Assembly: GCA_030613005.1 (NCBI GenBank)
Contig: JAUWMV010000001.1
Location: 107,289-139,288, forward strand
Source: a bacterium
Lineage (GTDB): Bacteria; UBP14; UBA6098; B30-G16
Direction: 5' to 3'
DNA: 32,000 nt
Both the position numbers and the translations under genes were made by a program. This document shows, piece after piece, positions 18,497 through 28,425 of this stretch; within the stretch, counting starts at the first letter, position 1, and each line of letters starts with the position of its first letter. The notes under the pieces were generated by a model, which saw only the letters and a list, made by a program, of their open reading frames with translations, did not search any database and had not been told where the DNA came from.

Positions 18497-19714
18497 TTGA
18501 AGAATAGGAAATTTATAATAAATTTCTTTATTTTGGTTATCTCGACAACAATCGCAGGAATGGGACTTGAATTGCTTCCTCAGCAGTTGGGATCGCCTCT
18601 CAGCGGGAGTGCATCTTATTCATTTTATCGTGATAGCACCTTCGTTGAACTTAAAATTGTTACTCAATTAACCAATAACTCTCTTCAGTTTATAAAACGC
18701 GATGATGAAACATTCAAAGCTCAATTTAGAATCGTAGCAACAATTTATCAAAAGAAAAATCTAGTTGAAAGCGTTGAACTAATAGACAGTATTATTTTAG
18801 AGGAATTTAAACAAACAAATTCAAACGAACCGATGTATGCCGGCGAATTATCGATTATCATTCCGCGGGGGAAATTTAGATTAATTCTTATTCTTGAGGA
18901 TTTAAACGCCAAAACAAAAGCGTTTGCATATGAAAACATCGAGGTTCCAAATGCAAGAATGATTGGATTATCCTCTCTCTGGTTGTTTGTTCCCGAAACG
19001 GATTCGGTTTTAATTTCTCATAATGTCATAGCATACTGGGAGAGTCTTGGTGTAGCGGCGATTACCTATGATATCCCGGATGATATACAGGCTCATATAA
19101 AACTTAAAAGTTCAAAAATTAGGACTGAGACCTATACTGCAACGTTCAAAGAAAAGGATGGCAAGAAAATTGTATATGGATTTATACCAATATCTACGTT
19201 AGAAAGCGGAGACTATTATGCATACTTAATTCTGTATGGCGATAAAGGGAAGAAATACACTGAGCAAATGCTTGGTTTTTCTCTTACTCAAACTACGAAA
19301 TCCATGTTGAAATACCATTTCAACGATCTAATAGAACAACTTGAGATAATTGCAGATCCAGAAGACATGAAACCTTTTCAAGAAGCTGATTCTACACAAA
19401 GGGATTCTTTATGGGAAGAATTCTGGAAAAAAATGGATCCTACACCTTCAACTGAGCAAAATGAATCGATGGAGGAATTTTTAAGACGAATTCATTATGT
19501 AGATGTGCAATTTAGTACCTCTATAAGACCAGGATGGCAAACCGACAGAGGTAAAACTTATATCATATATGGACAACCTGACGAGATAGATGACCATCCA
19601 TTTGAAATAGGCACGTATCCTTATCAAATATGGTATTATTATAAACAAGGATTGACATTCGTTTTTGTGGATTCTGGTAATGATGGGATCTACAGATTGG
19701 TCGAGTCCAGATGA
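18497..19714 (+). CDS. GWxTD domain-containing exported protein
   Basis: GWQTDRGKTYIIYGQPDEIDDHPFEIGTYPYQIWYYYKQGLTFVFVDSGNDGIYRLV is the C-terminal GWxTD domain. Hydrophobic N-terminus. TTG start with GAGG upstream. Confidence 0.85.
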   Translation: MKNRKFIINFFILVISTTIAGMGLELLPQQLGSPLSGSASYSFYRDSTFVELKIVTQLTNNSLQFIKRDDETFKAQFRIVATIYQKKNLVESVELIDSIILEEFKQTNSNEPMYAGELSIIIPRGKFRLILILEDLNAKTKAFAYENIEVPNARMIGLSSLWLFVPETDSVLISHNVIAYWESLGVAAITYDIPDDIQAHIKLKSSKIRTETYTATFKEKDGKKIVYGFIPISTLESGDYYAYLILYGDKGKKYTEQMLGFSLTQTTKSMLKYHFNDLIEQLEIIADPEDMKPFQEADSTQRDSLWEEFWKKMDPTPSTEQNESMEEFLRRIHYVDVQFSTSIRPGWQTDRGKTYIIYGQPDEIDDHPFEIGTYPYQIWYYYKQGLTFVFVDSGNDGIYRLVESR

Positions 19715-19773
19715 TTTATTGATTGGATTCGGAGTTAATTGAATTCATGTAAAGAACTTTCCGGAGGTTGTGA

Positions 19774-21090
19774 ATGGCTGTTCCAAGACTATACCGCGGT
19801 ATGCGAGATTTTCTCCCAGATAAAATGATTGCCAGAGAAAAGCTTCTAAAAATTATTAGAAAAATATTCCAAAGTTGGGGTTATATTCCTATCGAAACAC
19901 CGGCAATTGAACTTTTGGAAACCCTTTTGGGCAAAAGTGGAACTGAAGCTGATAAGTTAATTTATAGAATCGAGCATGCTGATGGTCTTGGACTTAGATA
20001 TGAATTGACTATTTCATTAGCTAGATTAGTCTCTATGCATTGGGATAGCCTACCCAAACCTTTCCGAAGATATCAAATTCAAACTGTTTGGCGAGCCGAA
20101 AGAGCTCAAAAGCAAAAGGGCAGGTTTCGAGAATTTATTCAGTGTGATGTTGATATTATTGGATCAAACTCTCCGTTAACAGATGCTGAGATTTTAGCTA
20201 TTAGCATGCAATGCCTCGATAGATTGGGTTTTACAGATTATAAGTTATTACTCAATCATAGAAATGTTTTATTAGGTCTTGTTAAAATTGCTGGATTAGA
20301 GTCAGATGATGAAGCTTCGGTGTTAAGATCGATAGATAAATGGGATAAAATCGGAAAGGACGGCGTACGAAATGAGCTAATGAAAAAAGGATATTCTGAA
20401 AAAAAAGTATCAAAACTTATTGAATTTGTTAATCTCACAGGCGATAATTCTACACTATTGGCAGAGCTTGATTTGATAAACAATGAACAGATAAAGTCTG
20501 GTACGAGGAATCTCAGAGAAATAATGAAGAATGTGAATTCCATGGGTATTTCGTCAGAGAAAATTGTAATCTCCCCAAAAATGGCAAGGGGATTAGATTA
20601 CTACACAGGAGCAATATTCGAGACTGTATTACCCGAATTACCACAAATGGGAAGTCTCACTGGTGGAGGACGTTTCGATAACTTAATTGGTATTTTTTTA
20701 GGTCGAGAAATCCCAGCTTGCGGCACTACAATCGGATTGGATAGAATTCTTGCTGCAATGAAGGAACTGAAACTACTTGAAATCGATAATACATACACAA
20801 AAGTGCTTGTTGCCATGTTTTCGAAGGAACTGGCAAATAAAGCAATTGCCATTGCGGGAAAATTCAGGGAAGCTGGAATTGCCACCGAGCTTTTTATTGA
20901 ACCTAAGAAATTGAGCAAGCAATTTGAATATGCTAATAAAATGAATATTCCTTTTGTTGCTCTCATTGGTGAGGATGAAGCGAAATCTGGGAAGTGTGTA
21001 TTAAAGAATATGAATATTGGGGAGCAGTGGACATTATCTTGGGATGATGCAGTTACGAAAGTTGCAAAAGAATTAAATGAAATATTGTAA
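19774..21090 (+). CDS. hisS: Histidyl-tRNA synthetase
   Basis: RGMRDFLPDKM, RFREFIQCDVDIIG, histidine-A motif ARGLDYYTGAIFE, GGGRFDNLIG and a C-terminal anticodon-binding domain. Confidence 0.93.
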   Translation: MAVPRLYRGMRDFLPDKMIAREKLLKIIRKIFQSWGYIPIETPAIELLETLLGKSGTEADKLIYRIEHADGLGLRYELTISLARLVSMHWDSLPKPFRRYQIQTVWRAERAQKQKGRFREFIQCDVDIIGSNSPLTDAEILAISMQCLDRLGFTDYKLLLNHRNVLLGLVKIAGLESDDEASVLRSIDKWDKIGKDGVRNELMKKGYSEKKVSKLIEFVNLTGDNSTLLAELDLINNEQIKSGTRNLREIMKNVNSMGISSEKIVISPKMARGLDYYTGAIFETVLPELPQMGSLTGGGRFDNLIGIFLGREIPACGTTIGLDRILAAMKELKLLEIDNTYTKVLVAMFSKELANKAIAIAGKFREAGIATELFIEPKKLSKQFEYANKMNIPFVALIGEDEAKSGKCVLKNMNIGEQWTLSWDDAVTKVAKELNEIL

Positions 21091-21154
21091 ATTAAGTTAA
21101 TTATATGTCTATTGATGACTTTTAAAAATAATTCATAATTTTTAGGAGTGTAAA

Positions 21155-22678
21155 ATGCCTCAAATCAAAACTGCTTTTTTTTCAGCATATAACAAAAAAG
21201 GCTTAGAAACTCTTGCTGGCGCATTGGTCAAAAGAGGAATTAATATTTGGGCTTCTACTGGAACTGCAAAATATTTAAGCCAAAACGGAGTTTCTTCAAA
21301 TTCTATAGAAAGTCTCACCGGCTTTGAAGATTTATTAGATGGTCGAGTTAAAACGCTTCATCCAGCTGTTTTCGCAGGAATACTTGCTAGAAATGTTGAA
21401 AGTGATATTTCATCAGTTTTAAGGATGAATTTTCCTGTTTTTGATCTTGTTTATATCGATCTTTATCCATTTAGCGAAAAATTAAATAAAGTATCAAATG
21501 AAGATCAAATTGAATTAATCGATATAGGCGGAGTTTCACTTTTACGAGCGGCAGCAAAAAATTTCAATAGAGTAGTAGTTACCTTTAATCAAAATATGCT
21601 TCAGTCCATTATCGACAACCTTGGAGAGCAAAACCACATTTCTCTTGAAATAGCCAAGAAGTATGCAATGGAGACATTTTTTTATACAGCAAATTATGAT
21701 GCGATTATTGCACGCTGGTTAATGGAATACTCCAGTTTTCCTGAATATTTTGCAATTTCGGGGTGCAATTTAGGTTTGCCCAAACTCCGATACGGAGAAA
21801 ATCCTCATCAAAAAGCGGCATTGTATGCAACAATTCCAAATGAAGGTGTACTTTCAGCAGAGGTTCTATGGGGCAAAGCGCTTTCGTATAACGATATACT
21901 CGATTTAGATGCGGCGATATATGGCGTAACTGAATTTGACGATACAGCATGTGTAATAATAAAACATCTTTCACCATGTGGTGTGGCTATTGGTAAGTAT
22001 ACCACTGACGCTTACAAGAAAGCATTAGCAAGTGATCCAATGTCCGCTTTTGGTGGTATTGTTGCATTAAATCAACCAATAGGTGAAGAAGTGGCGACAC
22101 TTATTAATAAACGTTTCTATAATTGCGTAATAGCACCCGATTATACTACTGAGGCTTTAGAAATATTGAAGAGGAAGAAAAACATTAGAATTCTGCGACT
22201 TCCAAATCTAAGGGAAAAATGTCGATATTCAGTAAGAACTGTCTCAGGTGGGTTGCTGCTTCAAGAGATTGACGAACCGGAGTTGATTGTAGAAAAGTGG
22301 GATATAGTTACGAAAATCGAGCCTACTATCGAGCAAAAAAAGGAACTTATGTTTGCAATGAAAGCAGCCAAAATTGTAAAATCCAACACAGTTCTAATTA
22401 CAAGAAACGGAGCTACGGTAGGAATTGGAGGCGGTTTGACCAGTAGACTCGACCCAGCAATTATTGCAACTCGTAAAGCTGCAGACAGGGCAGAGGGTTC
22501 GGTGGCAGCATCTGATGCATATTTTCCATTTCCGGATGCGCTTTGTATACTGGCTCATGCAGGTGTTAAAGCAATAATACAACCTGGTGGTTCAAGAAAC
22601 GATAAAGAGGTAATTAAAGCAGCAGATGATCTTGGAGTTGCAATGGTTTTCTGCGGCACAAGACATTTCAGACATTAA
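21155..22678 (+). CDS. purH: Bifunctional AICAR formyltransferase / IMP cyclohydrolase
   Basis: MGS domain (GRVKTLHPAVFAGILARN), AICARFT LRYGENPHQKAALY, SDPMSAFGGIVALN, SDAYFPFPDAL, IIQPGGSRNDKEVI and TRHFRH. Confidence 0.93.
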   Translation: MPQIKTAFFSAYNKKGLETLAGALVKRGINIWASTGTAKYLSQNGVSSNSIESLTGFEDLLDGRVKTLHPAVFAGILARNVESDISSVLRMNFPVFDLVYIDLYPFSEKLNKVSNEDQIELIDIGGVSLLRAAAKNFNRVVVTFNQNMLQSIIDNLGEQNHISLEIAKKYAMETFFYTANYDAIIARWLMEYSSFPEYFAISGCNLGLPKLRYGENPHQKAALYATIPNEGVLSAEVLWGKALSYNDILDLDAAIYGVTEFDDTACVIIKHLSPCGVAIGKYTTDAYKKALASDPMSAFGGIVALNQPIGEEVATLINKRFYNCVIAPDYTTEALEILKRKKNIRILRLPNLREKCRYSVRTVSGGLLLQEIDEPELIVEKWDIVTKIEPTIEQKKELMFAMKAAKIVKSNTVLITRNGATVGIGGGLTSRLDPAIIATRKAADRAEGSVAASDAYFPFPDALCILAHAGVKAIIQPGGSRNDKEVIKAADDLGVAMVFCGTRHFRH

Positions 22679-22759
22679 TGATAGAAAACTTATACTAACT
22701 TCAGTGAGTGTATTAAAAAAACTTGACATATATCATTATTTAATATTTTTTCCGCAAAT

Positions 22760-23440
22760 ATGAATGGGATAAAGGTTGCGATAGACGGTCCAGCAGGTGC
22801 AGGGAAAAGCACTGCAGCTCGAATGTTGGCACAGCGAGTTGGATATAAGTATATCGATACAGGTGCTATGTACCGATCTCTTACTTTACTTGCATTAAGG
22901 GAAAAAATTGACTGGAATAACGAAAAAGCTCTTGCACAATTAATTAGGAAGCACAATATTAGCCAAAATGGCACTGTTACATATATCGACAATGAGAACG
23001 TTAGTTCTGAAATTAGATCTGATGAAGTTAACGGAGCTGTTTCAGTTGTATGTAATCACAATAAGGTTCGAGTTGAGTTGGTAAAGTTACAGCGAAAATT
23101 GGCTTCAGATGGTGCTGTTGTTATGGAGGGTCGAGATATTGGAACTGTTGTTCTTCCCGATGCAGAGTTGAAATTTTTTTTAGTTGCTAGCCAAATCGAA
23201 CGATCTCATCGCAGAATGAAGGATATCGAGGAATTAGGTGGTGATTCTGCATTTGAGAGCGTTGTTAAGAACATACGCATTAGGGATTATCTGGATAGTT
23301 CTAGAGATTTAGCACCACTTAAACAGGCGAAAGATGCGATTTATATTGACAATACGTATATGTCTATAGATTTTGAGCTTTATATCTTAGAGCAACTCGT
23401 TAGATGTAGAGAAAAACAACACGAGGGAAAAACAACATAA
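22760..23440 (+). CDS. cmk: Cytidylate kinase
   Basis: KVAIDGPAGAGKSTAARMLAQRVGYKYIDTGAMYRSLTLLAL and VVMEGRDIGTVVLPDAELKFFLVAS. Confidence 0.96.
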   Translation: MNGIKVAIDGPAGAGKSTAARMLAQRVGYKYIDTGAMYRSLTLLALREKIDWNNEKALAQLIRKHNISQNGTVTYIDNENVSSEIRSDEVNGAVSVVCNHNKVRVELVKLQRKLASDGAVVMEGRDIGTVVLPDAELKFFLVASQIERSHRRMKDIEELGGDSAFESVVKNIRIRDYLDSSRDLAPLKQAKDAIYIDNTYMSIDFELYILEQLVRCREKQHEGKTT

Positions 23441-23514
23441 TTGGAAACTATGAATTGGTTAATTATTGGAAACGTAAACATTTTAATTATTTAATCTAAG
23501 GGGGGTCACCTTAC

Positions 23515-25488
23515 ATGGGTGAAGTTAAAAGTCAACAACAAGCACAATCTAACGAACCGAACATTGAAATTCTTGTTCAGAACGATGAATACGCAATAGG
23601 CAAGATCATTTTAGAAGAGGGTCAGACCGATGAAATCGAAGGGATGATTTCTGTTGAGGATTTGGAAAAGGAAAAAGAACTCTATTCCACTGGGAGTGCT
23701 TTTCTTCAGGAAGGTTCAGTTATCGAGGGTACAATTATTGCAATCCGTGGTAATGACATTATGGTCGATATTGGGTTTAAATCAGAAGGTCTGTTGCCTA
23801 TGGAACAATTTGGTGAAGTTAAGCCTGTTGTTGGTGAAAAAGTTGAGGTGTTCCTCGATGCACTCGAAGATGAGGATGGACAAGTAGTTATTTCAAAGAA
23901 AAAGGCAGATTTCATAAGAGTATGGGACACTATTAAGGAAGCATATGAGATTAGAAATGCAGTCGAAGGTAAAGTAAAAAAGAGAATAAAAGGTGGAATG
24001 GTTGTAGACCTTATGGGAGTAGATGCATTTCTACCCGGCTCCCAGATTGCGTTACGTCCTGTTCCAGATTTTGATGCATTGATTGGGAAAACCATGCCAT
24101 TTAGAGTTATCAAACTTAACAAGCTTAGACGAAATATTGTAGTATCGAGACGAATTATTCTCGAGGAAAAAAGGGAGGATCAACGCAATAAACTTCTTGA
24201 GGATATTATTGAAGGTCAGCTTAGAAAAGGCGTTGTTAAAAATATTACAGATTTCGGTGTCTTTATAGACCTTGGTGGATTGGATGGATTACTTCACATA
24301 ACCGACATGTCTTGGACCCGTATAAATCACCCATCAGAACTCCTTAAAATCGGCGATTCGATAGATGTAAAAATTTTGAAGTATGATCAAGAAAAACACC
24401 GCATTTCACTTGGTCTTAAGCAACTTACTCCGTCACCGTGGGATGATGTCGATGAGAAATTCCCCAAAGACTCAAAGGTTATTGGGAGAGTTGTTAATTT
24501 GACCAAGTATGGAGCTTTTGTACGATTATCCGAGGGTGTTGAGGGACTTATTCATGTTTCCGAAATGTCTTGGACAAAACATATAAATCATCCTTCTGAA
24601 ATACTTGAGATAGGCAGGGAGATTGAATGTGCAATCTTGGATGTGGATAAAGAGAATCATAAAATATCTTTGGGATTAAAGCAGCTTGTCCCAGATCCCT
24701 GGAAAATAGCTATGGAAAAATATCCTCCTTCCTCAAAGGTTACAGTTATTGTCCGAAATCTAACTGCCTTCGGTGCATTTGTTGAAATTGAAGAGGGCGT
24801 TGAAGGTTTGATTCATATTTCCGATATTTCATGGACAAAACGCGTAAATCATCCGGGTGAATTTTTCAGTCGAGGGCAAAAAATTGAGTCTGTAGTTCTT
24901 GAAATTGATCCTGAAAATCATAAACTAAGCCTTGGTTATAAACAACTCGAGGCTAATCCATGGGGTGAATTAGGCAGGAAATACAATCAGGGTGCGGAAA
25001 CTGAGGGAAAAATCACTCATATGACCGACCGTGGTGTTATTATTGAGTTGCCCGATCGAGTAGAAGGATTTGTTCCTATAACACAACTTGGGAAGAGAGT
25101 TGATAAGCCTCAGGATGCTTTTGGTATTGGTGATATTTTGCCGTTAAAGGTTATTGAGTTCGATTCAAGAGAACATAGAATAGTGCTTTCTGTGGATGAA
25201 TACTTTAGAAGTAGAGAAAAGGCGGATTTGGAAAGATATTTGACCAAACACTCAAAGAAAACCGTGATTGTTAGGGATGTGGCAAAGGTTACTCGACGTT
25301 CTATCTTTATGGATACATCACATAAGGGAATTGAAGAGGACATCTTGCAACAAACTACAGATAATACTCCAAAAGAGGATGTTGAGAAGGATATTCCACA
25401 GGCAGAAGCAAATGTTATTCCAGAAGAACAGGTTGAAGATACACCTCAGAAAGAGGATGAGGAGAAGGAAAAAAAGGAAGATCAATAA
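23515..25488 (+). CDS. rpsA: 30S ribosomal protein S1
   Basis: Six S1-type repeats (for example GVVKNITDFGVFIDLGGLDGLLHITDMSWTRINHPSE, GRVVNLTKYGAFVRLSEGVEGLIHVSEMSW). Strong RBS AAGGGGGG. Follows cmk. Confidence 0.96.
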   Translation: MGEVKSQQQAQSNEPNIEILVQNDEYAIGKIILEEGQTDEIEGMISVEDLEKEKELYSTGSAFLQEGSVIEGTIIAIRGNDIMVDIGFKSEGLLPMEQFGEVKPVVGEKVEVFLDALEDEDGQVVISKKKADFIRVWDTIKEAYEIRNAVEGKVKKRIKGGMVVDLMGVDAFLPGSQIALRPVPDFDALIGKTMPFRVIKLNKLRRNIVVSRRIILEEKREDQRNKLLEDIIEGQLRKGVVKNITDFGVFIDLGGLDGLLHITDMSWTRINHPSELLKIGDSIDVKILKYDQEKHRISLGLKQLTPSPWDDVDEKFPKDSKVIGRVVNLTKYGAFVRLSEGVEGLIHVSEMSWTKHINHPSEILEIGREIECAILDVDKENHKISLGLKQLVPDPWKIAMEKYPPSSKVTVIVRNLTAFGAFVEIEEGVEGLIHISDISWTKRVNHPGEFFSRGQKIESVVLEIDPENHKLSLGYKQLEANPWGELGRKYNQGAETEGKITHMTDRGVIIELPDRVEGFVPITQLGKRVDKPQDAFGIGDILPLKVIEFDSREHRIVLSVDEYFRSREKADLERYLTKHSKKTVIVRDVAKVTRRSIFMDTSHKGIEEDILQQTTDNTPKEDVEKDIPQAEANVIPEEQVEDTPQKEDEEKEKKEDQ

Positions 25489-25534
25489 CTTACATTTTCG
25501 GAATTAGATATATTCAGATATAAAGAGGGACGAT

Positions 25535-25852
25535 ATGCCATTAAAAAGACATAAATCTGTTTTGAAACGTGTTAGACAGAATATTAAACGCAGAGAGAGG
25601 AATAGGATTGTCAGGGGTTCTATGAGAGCCGTTCTCAAAGCTATTAGAAGTAGTGGTGATCCGAGTGAAGTTATGCAAAAATTGTCTTGGAACTTTCCTG
25701 CTGTCGATAAAGAGAAATTGGATATGCATCTTAGGTCAAGAATTTATTCAGTAATAGACAAGGCTCACAAAAAAGGAGTCATTCATAAGAACAAAGCTGC
25801 TCGACATAAAGCTCAGGTTTCCCTGTGGTTTCAAAATTTAAGTAAAGCATAA
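25535..25852 (+). CDS. rpsT: 30S ribosomal protein S20
   Basis: MPLKRHKSVLKRVRQNIKRRERNRIVRGSMRAVLKAI...SVIDKAHKKGVIHKNKAARHKAQVS. Confidence 0.94.
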   Translation: MPLKRHKSVLKRVRQNIKRRERNRIVRGSMRAVLKAIRSSGDPSEVMQKLSWNFPAVDKEKLDMHLRSRIYSVIDKAHKKGVIHKNKAARHKAQVSLWFQNLSKA

Positions 25853-25926
25853 TTTTTTTGCAATAAAATTATTTTTTGAAATAATCTTTGCTTAGAGCTA
25901 TTAATACTTAATATATATTAGCTTAC

Positions 25927-25951
25927 AAAGGACATTACTTATGTGTCCTTT
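25927..25951. terminator. Probable bidirectional intrinsic terminator between convergent rpsT and mrdA
   Basis: Perfect 8-bp inverted repeat AAAGGACA (25927-25934) / TGTCCTTT (25944-25951), 9-nt loop, AT-rich flanks, exactly in the convergent gap. Confidence 0.55.
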
Positions 25952-25963
25952 ATTTATTAGTTT

Positions 25964-27778
25964 TCAGAGATTTCTTTCAGGTTTCCAGTAATGAAAATAA
26001 TAATCAAAGAATTGTCGGGCTAAAAAAGCGTAGGAACCTCCTGAACCTCCAGCTTCTATGAGAATTACAACGACTATTTCTGGTTGGTTTGCAGGAGCAA
26101 ATGCCACAAACAATGCATGATCAGGACCGTGTGGATTCTGTGCTGTCCCGGTTTTTCCGGCAACGAGAATGTCCTCCATATATGCTCCGGTACCAGTCGC
26201 CCATTCCTCATTAACAGTTCTTATCATTCCATCAACGGAGGTTTTAATAGCTATCTTAGAAAATGGGAGTTTCCCTCTCATTTTAGAAGGTATTTCAATT
26301 CTATGTTTAAGAGGTGGTTCGATATATTTTACAATTTTCGGTTTCCAAACAAAACCCTTGTTTGCAAAACCGCAGACCATCTGGCAAAGCTGCAAAGGGG
26401 TTGTTAATATTTCTCCCTGACCAATAATCAGATTTAGAAGGACACCTTTTCCCCAACCGCGTCTCCCAAAACGCCAGTTATAATAATCTCTATCTGGCAC
26501 AAGGCCTGCAGCTTCAAACGGTAATTCAATACCTGTACGTATACCGAAAAAACATTTTGTGGTATATTCGTGCCATTTTTCCAAACCCAATCTAATGGCT
26601 ATCTGATAAAAATATATGTCGCAACTCTGAGCTATAGCCTCGAGTAAATTAATTGATTTATGACCATATCTATTCCAGCACATAAAGTATCTATCGCCAT
26701 AACGCATTGCACCATGGCACGGTTCGGGCATATATGAATTTGCATTTGCAATTCCTTCGTTAACTGCAACGGCTGCTGACATTATCTTCAGGGGAGATGC
26801 GGGTGGATATAAACCTTGATACCATCTGCAAAGCATAGGATGCGTTTCTGGATTATTTAATGTTTCCCATGTAGAATCGGAAATAGTTTCGGTAAAGATG
26901 CTCGGATCAAAATCTGGTTGAGAAACTGCTGCTAAAATCTCGCCGTTTTTGGGATCTATTGCAATGAATGCACATTCAGGAACCCAAGCAAATATTGATT
27001 CCGCAGCCATTTGAAGTGATGCATCTATCGTTAGAATTATATCAGCGCCATTTTGTGCAGGTACATCACCTAAGCTCTTTACAGGTCCAATTACTTCGCC
27101 TGTTGCAGTTACTTCGACAAATTTAGCTCCATCAGTTCCTCTTAATAAATTATCAAAATATCGTTCAACTCCTTGTTTACCAACCATGTCTCCACCCCTA
27201 AGTCCTTCTCTGTATCTCTCTCTGAGTTCGGCAGGACTAATTTCTCCAACATATCCGACAATATGTGATGCTAATTTGCCATACTCATAATATCTTATAT
27301 GCTCGTTCTCGTAAATAACTCCCGGAAATTCGCCTGTTCGCTCTAAAATTTTACTAACCGTACCAAAGTCAACACGTCTTTTTAATCTCACAGGAAGATA
27401 ACCTGGTTTCAAATTTTTCTCATATCGTTCAAATATGAATTCAGGTTTTATACTCAACAATTCAGCTAATTTTTTTACATATGGAGTATCGGGTGGGAAC
27501 TCAAAAGGAATTATAGAAATTGTATATGTAGTTCGATTGCCAACTAATAGCTTACCGTTTCTATCAAAAATTTTTCCACGAGCTGCTGATTCTGGAACAA
27601 CGCGAAGTCGATTCTTATCGGAAAATCTAAAATAATATTCATGGTCTATAATTTGGATTGTAATTATCCTGGCAATAAGGAATAAAAATACCAAAGAGAT
27701 AAATAATAATAATACTATAGATTTCCTATTCTGTTCTTCGTCGGTTTTAAATGCATAAGGATTCATTTTTGTATCCAT
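25964..27778 (-). CDS. mrdA: Penicillin-binding protein 2 (peptidoglycan transpeptidase)
   Basis: N-terminal TM, SxxK motif in GLYPPASPLKIMSAAVAV, SCDIYFYQ, KTGTAQNPHGPDHALFVAFAP and PBP dimerisation domain KRRVDFGTVSKIL. Confidence 0.93.
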   Translation of the reverse strand: MDTKMNPYAFKTDEEQNRKSIVLLLFISLVFLFLIARIITIQIIDHEYYFRFSDKNRLRVVPESAARGKIFDRNGKLLVGNRTTYTISIIPFEFPPDTPYVKKLAELLSIKPEFIFERYEKNLKPGYLPVRLKRRVDFGTVSKILERTGEFPGVIYENEHIRYYEYGKLASHIVGYVGEISPAELRERYREGLRGGDMVGKQGVERYFDNLLRGTDGAKFVEVTATGEVIGPVKSLGDVPAQNGADIILTIDASLQMAAESIFAWVPECAFIAIDPKNGEILAAVSQPDFDPSIFTETISDSTWETLNNPETHPMLCRWYQGLYPPASPLKIMSAAVAVNEGIANANSYMPEPCHGAMRYGDRYFMCWNRYGHKSINLLEAIAQSCDIYFYQIAIRLGLEKWHEYTTKCFFGIRTGIELPFEAAGLVPDRDYYNWRFGRRGWGKGVLLNLIIGQGEILTTPLQLCQMVCGFANKGFVWKPKIVKYIEPPLKHRIEIPSKMRGKLPFSKIAIKTSVDGMIRTVNEEWATGTGAYMEDILVAGKTGTAQNPHGPDHALFVAFAPANQPEIVVVILIEAGGSGGSYAFLARQFFDYYFHYWKPERNL

Positions 27779-27854
27779 TAAGTGTTATTGTATAATTAAT
27801 AATGGATATTTTGGATTAATAATCAATCTATAAATCCAAATTACTTACTTGCAT

Positions 27855-27882
27855 ATGTCAAGTTCATGTTATAGCTTGACAT
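27855..27882. promoter_or_regulatory. Inverted repeat ATGTCAAG-N12-CTTGACAT in divergent mrdA/accB promoter region
   Basis: Perfect 8-bp inverted arms (27855-27862 and 27875-27882). Each arm contains TTGACA reading outward toward one of the two divergent genes. Confidence 0.4.
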
Positions 27883-27922
27883 GTAAATATAATTTCCTTT
27901 TTTAGACAAAAAGGGGGATTTA

Positions 27923-28420
27923 ATGAATATAGAAAAGATAAGAAAACTGGTTAAATTACTCGATGAAAGTTCAATTAGTGAGTTGGAAGTTCATTTTCCC
28001 TTTGCAAGAAAAGTAATTTTAAGAAAATTTAGATCAACTAACCAAAAAAAATTTTTAACTACAGTCGAGTCAACACGAGTTATTGAAGGACCCGAATCTC
28101 AAAGCTTAAATCCAATTACGAAACCAGAGATATCAGAGTCTGAACCCACCGGAAAAACCATAATAAAAGAGGAAGATAAATATTACAAAATAACTGCACC
28201 AATGGTGGGAACTTTTTACAGGAATCCCTCTCCGGATTCACCACCATATGTTGAAATTGGTGAAAAATTATCTCTAAATCAAGTTGTTTGTCTTATTGAA
28301 GCAATGAAGCTCTTTAACGAAGTTAAAACCGAAGTTTCGGGAATAGTGAAAAATGTTTTAGTAGAGGATGTTACACCTGTGGAGTTTGGGCAGGTGTTAT
28401 TTTTAATTGAGACGGAGTGA
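27923..28420 (+). CDS. accB: Biotin carboxyl carrier protein of acetyl-CoA carboxylase
   Basis: APMVGTFYRNPSPDSPPYVEIGEKLSLNQVVCLIEAMKLFNEVKTEVSG, where EAMK is the biotinylation motif. Confidence 0.93.
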   Translation: MNIEKIRKLVKLLDESSISELEVHFPFARKVILRKFRSTNQKKFLTTVESTRVIEGPESQSLNPITKPEISESEPTGKTIIKEEDKYYKITAPMVGTFYRNPSPDSPPYVEIGEKLSLNQVVCLIEAMKLFNEVKTEVSGIVKNVLVEDVTPVEFGQVLFLIETE

Positions 28421-28425
28421 GTATA

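Noticed and set aside
20256-20966. Minus-strand ORFs (95 and 121 aa) inside hisS
   Set aside because: Opposite strand of a well-supported hisS, with Ser/Leu-rich shadow-type translations.
22723-22751. Perfect -35-like TTGACA upstream of cmk
   Set aside because: No credible -10 at 16-18 bp spacing (the position is an oligo-T run), so I did not call a promoter in such an AT-rich intergenic region.
23654-24122. ORFs overlapping rpsA on both strands (23654-23887 + and 23706-24122 -)
   Set aside because: rpsA S1 repeats fully explain the coding signal. These translations resemble nothing.
23515-25488. Internal near-repeats (for example TGGAC.AAA/CG..T.AATCATCC segments) in rpsA
   Set aside because: These are the expected homologous S1 domain repeats, not a novel repeat array.
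26084-26420. Plus-strand ORFs opposite mrdA
   Set aside because: Overlap conserved PBP2 transpeptidase coding sequence. No independent support.
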